Below, one piece after another: positions 56,765 to 64,000 of a DNA stretch of 64,000 bases. The translations under genes and the position numbers were made by a program. This stretch comes from a virus. Lineage: Duplodnaviria > Heunggongvirae > Uroviricota > Caudoviricetes. Position 1 is the first letter of the stretch; each line of letters begins with the position of its first letter. The notes beneath the pieces were generated by a model. The model saw nothing but the letters and a program-made list of their open reading frames with translations, did no database searches and was not told the DNA's origin. The stretch lies in the IMG/VR virus record IMGVR_UViG_3300035659_000001. The stretch is one strand, 5' to 3'.

Positions 56765-57118
56765 ATGAATACTCTAAAATTAAAATATCTAACCAGTAAA
56801 GAAAATAGAAACATTATTTTGAACTACATGAAAAATCAAAATAATGTCATTAGATTTCTATACAATAGATTACAAGAGAACAAGCTACTCTCACAAGTAC
56901 AACTTATAGCTCTATCTAATTCAATGAATAACATATTCATAGACTCTTGGTTCAAACAATGCGCGATGTATAAAGCTAAAGAACTTAATGAGAAAGAAAA
57001 AGTTATTTTTGGTGGTAAGAAGTTGTTTTTTGAGCGATTTAAGAATAGAATAACAAAAGAAGAATTTCAAATAAAGAAATTGTTACCATTACATGTTATA
57101 GGCGAGTGTAATTATTAA
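56765..57118 (+). pseudogene. N-terminal fragment of an IS200/IS605-type TnpB-like (OMEGA/Cas12-ancestor) gene
   Basis: 'KLKYLTSKENRNIILNYMKNQNNVIRFLYNRL' parallels TnpB 'AYKYRLYPTKEQEELL...CRFVYNWAL'. Ends in TAA. The RuvC part follows in another frame about 70 nt downstream. Confidence 0.45.
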
Positions 57119-57188
57119 TGACAAATTACTGCCTGTAACAATTTCTTTAGACTTAGATTTTGTTTACATTACTTATGATGAGAATTAT

Positions 57189-57962
57189 TTGAAAGAAGAG
57201 ATTGTTAGTAAAGTCAAAAATAGAATTATGACTTTAGACTTAAATCCTAATTATATAGGATATTCTATAATTGACTGGCAAAATGAAGATGATAAGTGTA
57301 TAGTAAAAGCAGGTTGTATAAGTATAAAGCAATTGAATGATAAGCAATTTGAATTGAAAAAGTTAAAAGCAAGTTGTGAAGATGAAAGAATGAAATATTT
57401 AGTAAACAAGAGAGTGTTTGAAATTTTTGAGATAAGCAAGTATTTAGTAAATGTTGCAAAACAATATCATGTAGAGTGTTTTGGTATAGAAGAATTGTCA
57501 ATTAAGTCGAGTGACAAGGGTAAAGGAAGCAAGTATAATAGGTTAGTTAATAATTTGTGGAATAGAGGGAAATTAGTAAGTAATATAGAAAAGCGACTAA
57601 ATATTTGTGGTATTAAACTGTACAAGATATTACCACAATATTCAAGCTTTGTTGGAAATATAATGAATAGGGAGTATTTTGATCCAATAGCTAGTAGCAT
57701 AGAAATAAGTAGAAGAACTTATAAATTTTCAAACAAATTAAAGCCTGTACTTTTTCCGGACTTTAATAAGTCTATTAGTGTTATCATTACGTCATTGGAA
57801 GAATTTAGTGATAACGTGATTAAATTAGTAGACATTAAAGATTGGCTAGAGTTATATAGACGAGTAAAACACTTGAAATTGAGGTATCGAGTGTCTTTAA
57901 GTGTTGAGCTTAGAGTTTTTAGATTGTTTAATAGAAAGTCATTATTATATGAATTTTATTAA
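57189..57962 (+). pseudogene. RuvC-like nuclease fragment of a TnpB-like gene, lacking the zinc-finger insert
   Basis: RuvC-I 'MTLDLNPNYIGYSIID', RuvC-II 'FGIEELSIKS', 'KLYKILPQYSSF' (TnpB Y-T-S-Q box), RuvC-III 'FDPIASSIEISRR' (cf. DADVNAAINIARR). No CxxC pairs between them. The table start is a TTG; the first ATG is MTLDL. Confidence 0.5.
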
Positions 57963-57990
57963 ATCAATTACCTTATAATCAAATCTTGTC

Positions 57991-59289
57991 ATGATTGATG
58001 CAATTAAAATAATCAAAAAACTAGATGATAACGGCTTTCAAGCAGTATTAGCTGGCGGTTGTGTCAGAGACTTAATTCTTGGTTTACCATCAAATGACTA
58101 TGATATTGCTACAAATGCTACGCCTGAAGTCATAGAGTCATTATTTGAGAAAACAATACCAGTTGGCAAATCATTTGGCGTTATAATTGTCATAGAAAAT
58201 GACAAACAATATGAAATTGCTACGTTTCGTGAGGACGGAAAATATTCTGATAATAGGAGACCAGATTCAGTTACCTTTGGCTCAATAGAAGAAGACGCTA
58301 AAAGACGAGACTTAACGATAAATGGCATTTTTTACGATCCAATAATAAATAAATACTATGATTTTGTCAATGGCGTAGACGACATTCAACGCAAAATTGT
58401 TCGTTTTATTGGCGATCCCAATAAGAGAATTGAAGAAGATAAACTAAGAATATTACGCGCTTGTAGATTTTCAATTAAATTTGATTTTGAGATTGAAAAA
58501 GAATCTTTCGAAGCTATTAAAAATCATGCTCATGAAATTCAAACAGTTTCAATTGAACGTATAAGTGATGAATTTATTAAAATATTACGTTTAAGAAAAC
58601 CCAAAAAAGCATTTGATTTACTATTTGAAACTAAACTCATTGACTACGTCTTACCTGAAATAAGAACTTTGCAAGGTGTAGAACAACCAATTGACTATCA
58701 TCCCGAGGGCTGCGTTCTTACACATACAATAAAAACACTTGAAAATTTGCCTGAAAATGCATCAGATGAATTATTGATGGGCATGTTATTACATGATATT
58801 GGAAAACCTGCAACTTTTGAAATGCTTGATAGAATTAGATTTAATGGTCATGATAAAAAAGGAGCTGAGATAGCAGAAGTTATTCTCAAAAGAATGAAAT
58901 TTTCAAATGATTTCATTGACAGAGTAGTTTCTCTAGTTTCAGATCACATGAAATTTATGGCTGCACCTATCATGAAAATGTCTACTCTCAAACGGTTTGT
59001 ACGACAACCTCATTTTAATGAACATCTAGTTTTGCACAGAGCAGATTGTTTATCATCTCATGGCAATTTAGACAATTATAATTTTGTTGTACAAAAGATG
59101 AATGAAATACCGCCAGAGAAAATAAAACCACCTAAATTAATCACAGGTAAAGATTTATTAGATTTAGGCTTTATAGAAGGGCCTATTTTCAGAACAATTT
59201 TAGATGATATTGACGATAAACAATTAGAAGAAATAATTAAAGATAGGGAGTCAGCACTGTTATATGTCAAACAACAATATACAAAATAA
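57991..59289 (+). CDS. cca: tRNA nucleotidyltransferase (CCA-adding enzyme), class II with HD domain
   Basis: 'LAGGCVRDLILG...DYDIAT', 'RRDLTINGIFYD', 'ERISDEFIKIL'. HD domain 'LLHDIGKP...GHDKKGAEIA'. Confidence 0.8.
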   Translation: MIDAIKIIKKLDDNGFQAVLAGGCVRDLILGLPSNDYDIATNATPEVIESLFEKTIPVGKSFGVIIVIENDKQYEIATFREDGKYSDNRRPDSVTFGSIEEDAKRRDLTINGIFYDPIINKYYDFVNGVDDIQRKIVRFIGDPNKRIEEDKLRILRACRFSIKFDFEIEKESFEAIKNHAHEIQTVSIERISDEFIKILRLRKPKKAFDLLFETKLIDYVLPEIRTLQGVEQPIDYHPEGCVLTHTIKTLENLPENASDELLMGMLLHDIGKPATFEMLDRIRFNGHDKKGAEIAEVILKRMKFSNDFIDRVVSLVSDHMKFMAAPIMKMSTLKRFVRQPHFNEHLVLHRADCLSSHGNLDNYNFVVQKMNEIPPEKIKPPKLITGKDLLDLGFIEGPIFRTILDDIDDKQLEEIIKDRESALLYVKQQYTK

Positions 59290-59524
59290 TCCGTGTCTTA
59301 CGTGTCATGGTAGTAATTGCTGTGTTGATCCTATTGAAGTATTTCCGCTTGATTATATGCCATATAAATTAGCTAGAGATGGCAAAATGATTGTTAATGA
59401 TAAAAAGCAATGTATTGCACTTGTAAATGGTAAATGCTCAATTTATGAAGACAGACCAATTGTGTGTAGAAAATATAAATGTGAAAAATTCTTCAAAGGA
59501 ACAAATAATGGATGTATCACTTGA
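59264..59524 (+). CDS. YkgJ/UPF0153-family CxxCxxCC protein (second paralog)
   Basis: '[10 protein letters not shown]', '[21 protein letters not shown]'. The 3' end overlaps the ACP start region. Confidence 0.45.
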   Translation: MSNNNIQNNPCLTCHGSNCCVDPIEVFPLDYMPYKLARDGKMIVNDKKQCIALVNGKCSIYEDRPIVCRKYKCEKFFKGTNNGCIT

Positions 59525-59744
59525 AAAAAGAATAAAAGAAATTATTTCAGATAAATTATCTGTCAATGTAGATAAAATTGTTCCTCAAGCAAACATTGTA
59601 GATGATTTGGGTGCTGATTCATTAGATGAAGTTGAATTATTGATGGCTTTTGAAGATGAATTTGATATTGAAATACCTGACGAAGATGCTATGAAATTTA
59701 AAACAGTCAAAGATGTTTTATCTTATATAGATTTAAAAGTATGA
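59508..59744 (+). CDS. Acyl carrier protein
   Basis: '[44 protein letters not shown]' is the canonical ACP helix II with the DSL phosphopantetheine-attachment Ser. The in-frame start is taken at MDVSLEK, giving 78 aa; the ORF track extends further upstream. Confidence 0.75.
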   Translation: MDVSLEKRIKEIISDKLSVNVDKIVPQANIVDDLGADSLDEVELLMAFEDEFDIEIPDEDAMKFKTVKDVLSYIDLKV

Positions 59745-60091
59745 TTATTTACAGCAACGAGCCTGAAAAATTAAAAACAATTATTGGTGAATTGTTTCTT
59801 CATAAAGATCAGATTTTATTATCTGAAGAAACTAAAAATTGGCTCAATAAAGTTCAAGTTGAACCTATTGATAGAAAAACTAAAGTCATTAAAACAATTG
59901 TTGGTTATTTAGAAAATAGTAAACTAAAAAGAATCATACAAGGCTTTAAAGACGGCTATTTTTTAAATACAAGATCACCTGACCAAGCTGCCCTTGATAT
60001 AGTTATTTGGAAATCAAAAGATAATGTATACGTTGATGACGAAAGCTATACTAAAGTAGCTTTAACAATTGAAAGTGATCATGAGCTCTGA
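59741..60091 (+). CDS. hypothetical protein
   Basis: ORF with ATGA coupling to ACP. Confidence 0.35.
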   Translation: MIIYSNEPEKLKTIIGELFLHKDQILLSEETKNWLNKVQVEPIDRKTKVIKTIVGYLENSKLKRIIQGFKDGYFLNTRSPDQAALDIVIWKSKDNVYVDDESYTKVALTIESDHEL

Positions 60092-60428
60092 TTACGAATT
60101 TAGAATCAATAATGTAAAACATCCTGATCATTGGCTTCATGAGGGAATAGCTGCGCCTACAGAAGATTGTAAAAAATTAACACTTGAGGTTTGCAATCAC
60201 ATATCCAAAAACTACAATTTGTTGCCCACTATAATTGCTAGCACAGTTGAAGAGGGCATTTATTTGCGATTTGATAGAGACACTAAAAACACTAAAAAAT
60301 CATTAACAGTTGAAGTGTACAATAATTTGGAAATAGCTGCATTAGTGAATGACAATTCTACAAAAAAGATATTAGGTTTTGAAGACATTAAAAATCTTGA
60401 CTTTTCTAGAATGATAAATATCTTATAG
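60069..60428 (+). CDS. hypothetical protein
   Basis: ORF. Confidence 0.35.
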   Translation: MKVIMSSDYEFRINNVKHPDHWLHEGIAAPTEDCKKLTLEVCNHISKNYNLLPTIIASTVEEGIYLRFDRDTKNTKKSLTVEVYNNLEIAALVNDNSTKKILGFEDIKNLDFSRMINIL

Positions 60429-60578
60429 AGTCTTGACTTACTAGCACTTGATTCATTAAAATTGTTTGTCGATATTGAATTATTATTTTATAACTTCTAA
60501 AATAATAAACAGTGGAGTTGTCCAGTTGTAAATAGAAACGTTGAAGAGAGAAGTTACTTTTGTAACGATCAATATACT

Positions 60579-61193
60579 ATGAAACATCTTGCTAAAATTC
60601 AAGTTGAATTTCTAAAACATGCTCGTGCTTGGGATATGTTTTCTTTAGAAGAACAAAAAGATTATTTAAAGCGGCATCCTAAGACAAAAAGAAGAATTAC
60701 AGCAAGACCAGAAACTCAATTACAACAACAATTAGAAGAGAAAAGACAAGATTTAACGGAGCATTCTAATTCAGATGAAATAAGAGCTAATACACAGAAA
60801 ATTGAAAATGATATTAATAGTTGGCAAAATAATGAAAGTAAAACAATTGCATCGTCAGCACTTTCAGGTGTGATTGATAAATTAGAAAATACTGAAGGTA
60901 TTTTATTATCTAAAGATGGAAAGTCGGCGGGTATAGCATTAATAGAAAATAGGCCTGATAAAGATTATATTAAAATAAAAGATATTGCTTCAAATGAAAA
61001 GGGTTATGGAACTAAATTGATGAATGCTATAATGGATAAAGCAATTGAAGCAAATAAGAGTCTTGCATTAGTTTCTATGACAACAAATGCTAATAAGTTT
61101 TATGAAAAGATGGGTATGAAAGCTGATAAGAATAATTCAAGTATCTATAGAATGTCATTAGATGAAATAAAAAATAAACACTCATCTACCTAA
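60579..61193 (+). CDS. GNAT-family N-acetyltransferase with an N-terminal helical/coiled-coil region
   Basis: 'GYGTKLMNAIMDKAIE' (Q/R-x-x-G-x-G/A acetyl-CoA loop) and 'FYEKMGM'. Confidence 0.5.
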   Translation: MKHLAKIQVEFLKHARAWDMFSLEEQKDYLKRHPKTKRRITARPETQLQQQLEEKRQDLTEHSNSDEIRANTQKIENDINSWQNNESKTIASSALSGVIDKLENTEGILLSKDGKSAGIALIENRPDKDYIKIKDIASNEKGYGTKLMNAIMDKAIEANKSLALVSMTTNANKFYEKMGMKADKNNSSIYRMSLDEIKNKHSST

Positions 61194-61226
61194 GGTAGAA
61201 GGAGATCTTCATTAGTAACTGCACAA

Positions 61227-61258
61227 AGTCTGGAGTTTTTACTTCAGACTTTTTTTTG
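61227..61258 (+). terminator. Rho-independent terminator
   Basis: AGTCTG-gagtttttact-tCAGACT followed by TTTTTTTT. Confidence 0.65.
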
Positions 61259-61306
61259 TATAAATTAAAGTATATTTGCATATAATACTCTTTAAAAGGA
61301 GAATTT

Positions 61307-63580
61307 ATGATAATAGAAAAAATTAAACTGCAAGGTTTCATGAGCTATATTGATGAAGAAGTTGATTTTCGCAAATATCACACATTATTAATCTCAGGCG
61401 CAAACGGTGAAGGCAAAAGTGCTCTACTTGAAGGAGTACCGTTTTGCTATTGGGGAATCGGGCGAGGCAAGTCGCTATCTGACTATGTAAATGATAATTG
61501 TAGTACGTTGCGACTTGAAGTTACTTTTTTAATGGAAAATTTGCGATATAAAAAGATCAGACAATATGGAAAAGCTGGTAAAATAAATGAATTATATATA
61601 GACAAAACGATGAAGCAATTAGAAGATGCAGAATGGAATTTAATATCTGATGACTCAAAAAGAAAAACTGATGAATTGTTGTCTGAAATTTTAGGTCTAG
61701 ACTATAATATTTTTTATAATAGTATCTTCTTTGGTCAAAAAGAAGAATCATCCTTCATAGACGGTGAGGCTTCAGAAAGAAAAGAATTGTTATGCAACCT
61801 TTTAGGAATTCAAGTATATGAAGATGCCGAAGAAGTCACAAAAGACTTCATAAAAGAACTTGATAACAAAATTCAAACTAAATCTTTTGTACTAAATGAA
61901 AAATCAAAACTAGCAGAACAAAAAATAACAATTCAAACTCAATTCAGTTCAACTACACAAAAACTTAATGACCAAACTAAACAAATCAAAGAATTAACTG
62001 ATCATTTAACTACAAATAGAAAAAAACAAGAAACAATAAAAATCAATATTGCAGGTCAAGATAAAAACAAACAACAATTATCAGACATCATTCAACAACA
62101 AAGTAAAATAAAAAGCAAAAAAGAACAATTACAAGAAGATATAAAGGCCAAAGATGTTGAGCTTGAAGAAACGATTGAAGAAGGAATTGATGCAGTTGAG
62201 TCATTACAGACAATTATTGACTTAAATAATGAATCAAAATTGTTAGAGCAAAAATCAGAATATGAAAAAACTTTAAGTGAAATATCATCACACAAACTCA
62301 AAATGCCTGATATTAAAGACAAACTCACTAATCAACGAAATGCAAAAGAAAAGCTAATACAACAACAGACTGAAGTTAATACTAAAATTTTATCATTAAA
62401 AGACAAAAAGAAGAAAATAGAAAAATCAGGTGCTATTTGTCCTGTGATAGATGAGCCATGTAATAAATTATCTGAAGATAATAAAAAGCAAACTGTTGAA
62501 GCAATTGAAAAAGACATTGCTGTATATAATAAAGATTTATTGGCAATTGAAAAAGATTTGACTTCTACAAAAGCTAAAATTTTAGAATTAGATGGCAATT
62601 TAGAATCATTAAATAAAAAAATTCAGAGAGAGACATCTATAACGACAATGCTTGCGACTACAAATGACAATTTGAAACAGCGTAAAGAGGCAATTGACAA
62701 TTTGCCAAAAGTAAAGGTCAAGTATAGAGAGAAAGTTGATAAGTTTGAAGCAGCTAAAGCAAAGTTAGCTGAGCAAATGATTGAGATTGTTAATTCAACA
62801 AATGAATTGCAAGTTAAGAAAGAAGAAATTGAGAAGTCATTGTCTACAAGTTTTAATGATGATTTGATTAAAGTGCAAAAACAAATTAAAGCTTATGAAA
62901 ATGACTTAGAAAGTTTGAATGAAGAAAAGCAATCATTATCAGTGCAGTTGGGTGAGATTAAATCTAAAATGGACGGAATTGAATTAGCTGAAAAAGATGT
63001 AAAACAAATGCAAGAAGAGATAGATATTTTGAGTAAAGATTTGAGAGTGTATACTGAGTTAAGTATTTTGTTTGGTAAGAATGGTATACAAAAAGATATA
63101 ATTAATGATAATGTGCCAGTGTTAGAGCAAAAGACAAATGAGATATTATCTAAATTTTGTAAGAATAGTCAATTACAAGTTAGGTTTGATTTAGATCCTG
63201 TTAAGAAGTCGGGTGAGTTGAAAAAGAAGGGTGGATTAGATATTGTAATATTTGAAAAAGGAAAACAGCCTAGAACATTGAATATGTATAGTGGAGGTGA
63301 AACTATACGAATTGTTTTTGCTATTTTGTTATCATTATCGTATTTGTTGACAAAGCGTGCAGGAAAGAAAAGTCATACACTCATTATAGATGAACGTATC
63401 GCAGCTTTGGACCAAGAAGGAATAAATGAATTCATTGAAATTATTAAGTATTTGCAAGATCAATATAAAAAAATAATAATTGTGTCTCATATAACTGAAC
63501 TAAAAGATGCTTTTTCTGAAATAATGTTAGTTAAAAAAACTCAAGATGGTAGTAAAATTTCATTGTTAAATAACAAATGA
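61307..63580 (+). CDS. Rad50/SbcC-like recombination ATPase (T4 gp46-like)
   Basis: Walker A 'ISGANGEGKSALLEGV', a long coiled coil, zinc-hook 'CPVIDEPC', ABC signature 'YSGGETIRIVFAILLSLS', Walker B/D-loop 'LIIDERIAALD', H-loop 'IIVSHIT'. Confidence 0.85.
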   Translation: MIIEKIKLQGFMSYIDEEVDFRKYHTLLISGANGEGKSALLEGVPFCYWGIGRGKSLSDYVNDNCSTLRLEVTFLMENLRYKKIRQYGKAGKINELYIDKTMKQLEDAEWNLISDDSKRKTDELLSEILGLDYNIFYNSIFFGQKEESSFIDGEASERKELLCNLLGIQVYEDAEEVTKDFIKELDNKIQTKSFVLNEKSKLAEQKITIQTQFSSTTQKLNDQTKQIKELTDHLTTNRKKQETIKINIAGQDKNKQQLSDIIQQQSKIKSKKEQLQEDIKAKDVELEETIEEGIDAVESLQTIIDLNNESKLLEQKSEYEKTLSEISSHKLKMPDIKDKLTNQRNAKEKLIQQQTEVNTKILSLKDKKKKIEKSGAICPVIDEPCNKLSEDNKKQTVEAIEKDIAVYNKDLLAIEKDLTSTKAKILELDGNLESLNKKIQRETSITTMLATTNDNLKQRKEAIDNLPKVKVKYREKVDKFEAAKAKLAEQMIEIVNSTNELQVKKEEIEKSLSTSFNDDLIKVQKQIKAYENDLESLNEEKQSLSVQLGEIKSKMDGIELAEKDVKQMQEEIDILSKDLRVYTELSILFGKNGIQKDIINDNVPVLEQKTNEILSKFCKNSQLQVRFDLDPVKKSGELKKKGGLDIVIFEKGKQPRTLNMYSGGETIRIVFAILLSLSYLLTKRAGKKSHTLIIDERIAALDQEGINEFIEIIKYLQDQYKKIIIVSHITELKDAFSEIMLVKKTQDGSKISLLNNK

Positions 63581-63675
63581 TTACATTTATGGATGATATA
63601 AAGAAAGATACAATAAAAAATGTAAGTTGTATTCGATGAAGCAGAAAACTATTTATTTAGTAATTCACGATTTCA

Positions 63676-64000
63676 ATGAATTCTAATTTTATGATTGATT
63701 TTATTGACTTAATGGATCCATCCATTTTACACATTGAAAAATCTGATGAACAATTTGAAGATGACAATTGGATTGTAGAACCAAAGATTAATGGTCGTAG
63801 AATTCAATGTCTTATAAATGATGACGTTTCTTTTGCTGGTCGATATGGTCGAAATGCTCATGAAAATATTAGCAATTTCAAATACAAATTTTCAAGAATA
63901 TATGATAACATTCGCAGTATGGGTTTACCAAAAAACACATTATTAGATGGTGAAGTTTATTTACCGGGAAGGTCCGTGTCCCAGACATATCAAATAATAA
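63676..64000 (+). CDS. Nucleotidyltransferase-superfamily (ATP-dependent ligase-like) protein, 3' partial
   Basis: 'EPKINGRRIQ' (KxNG variant of ligase motif I) and 'LLDGEVYLPG' (motif III-like). Runs off the window end. Confidence 0.3.
   Translation, partial: MNSNFMIDFIDLMDPSILHIEKSDEQFEDDNWIVEPKINGRRIQCLINDDVSFAGRYGRNAHENISNFKYKFSRIYDNIRSMGLPKNTLLDGEVYLPGRSVSQTYQII

Noticed and set aside
1-64000. CRISPR arrays or large direct repeats.
   Set aside because: No regularly spaced short repeats were seen anywhere in the window. The only tandem repeat found is the in-frame 18-nt repeat at about 41640.

Overview
The window is AT-rich (~30% GC) with densely packed genes. It is a fragment of a large T4-like (Tevenvirinae-type) bacteriophage genome, or a very similar virus; this is judged from gene content, not from any search.

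The strongest evidence is a replication/recombination block on the minus strand. It carries UvsX/RecA, a gp32-like single-strand DNA-binding protein, a T4 gp42-type dCMP hydroxymethylase, a MazG-like dNTP pyrophosphatase, a T4 beta-glucosyltransferase-like enzyme, a 5'-3' flap nuclease (RNase H), a DnaG-type primase, an HU protein and a Rad50-like gp46 on the plus strand.

Unusually for this phage type, the replicative polymerase is a DnaE (family C) enzyme rather than gp43. It is split into two genes about 1.8 kb apart, and an RNA ligase 2 gene and two unknown ORFs sit between the pieces. The C-terminal piece also carries a roughly 220-aa intein inserted into the conserved 'GxFQxES' motif.

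Other content, each with its own feature entry and in most cases a finding:
- NAD+-dependent ligase LigA
- PolX with a PHP domain
- an NMN/NaMN adenylyltransferase-like enzyme
- a fused CoaD-CoaE protein (PPAT plus DPCK) and an acyl carrier protein
- a class II CCA-adding enzyme
- a C-terminal trigger-factor-like fragment, a standalone receiver domain and a Cas4-like FeS nuclease
- an outer-membrane phospholipase A (PldA/OMPLA) homolog
- an SPFH/band-7 membrane protein
- a classic-clade AAA ATPase
- a sigma factor and a NusG-like factor
- a ParB-nuclease/methyltransferase fusion
- an interrupted TnpB-like (IS200/IS605) RuvC gene
- a zinc-finger plus DUF559 endonuclease-like gene that overlaps a tRNA

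There is a tRNA cluster: Phe(GAA), Asn(GUU), Cys(GCA), a class-I tRNA with anticodon UAG and an encoded CCA, and a degenerate tRNA-like copy. A separate amber-suppressor-type tRNA (anticodon CUA) sits next to a PTH2-like peptidyl-tRNA hydrolase.

The most unusual locus is a co-directional pair of genes. A CstII/GT42-like sialyltransferase lies next to a 1090-aa protein that fuses four domains: a GT-A/GT2 domain, a radical-SAM/SPASM domain, a GT-B/GT4 domain and a second DXD nucleotide-sugar transferase domain. In the context of the hmC pathway genes it looks like an undescribed glycan-building or DNA/virion hyper-glycosylation system.

Several GC-rich, ORF-free islands with long-range inverted repeats are likely structured RNAs.
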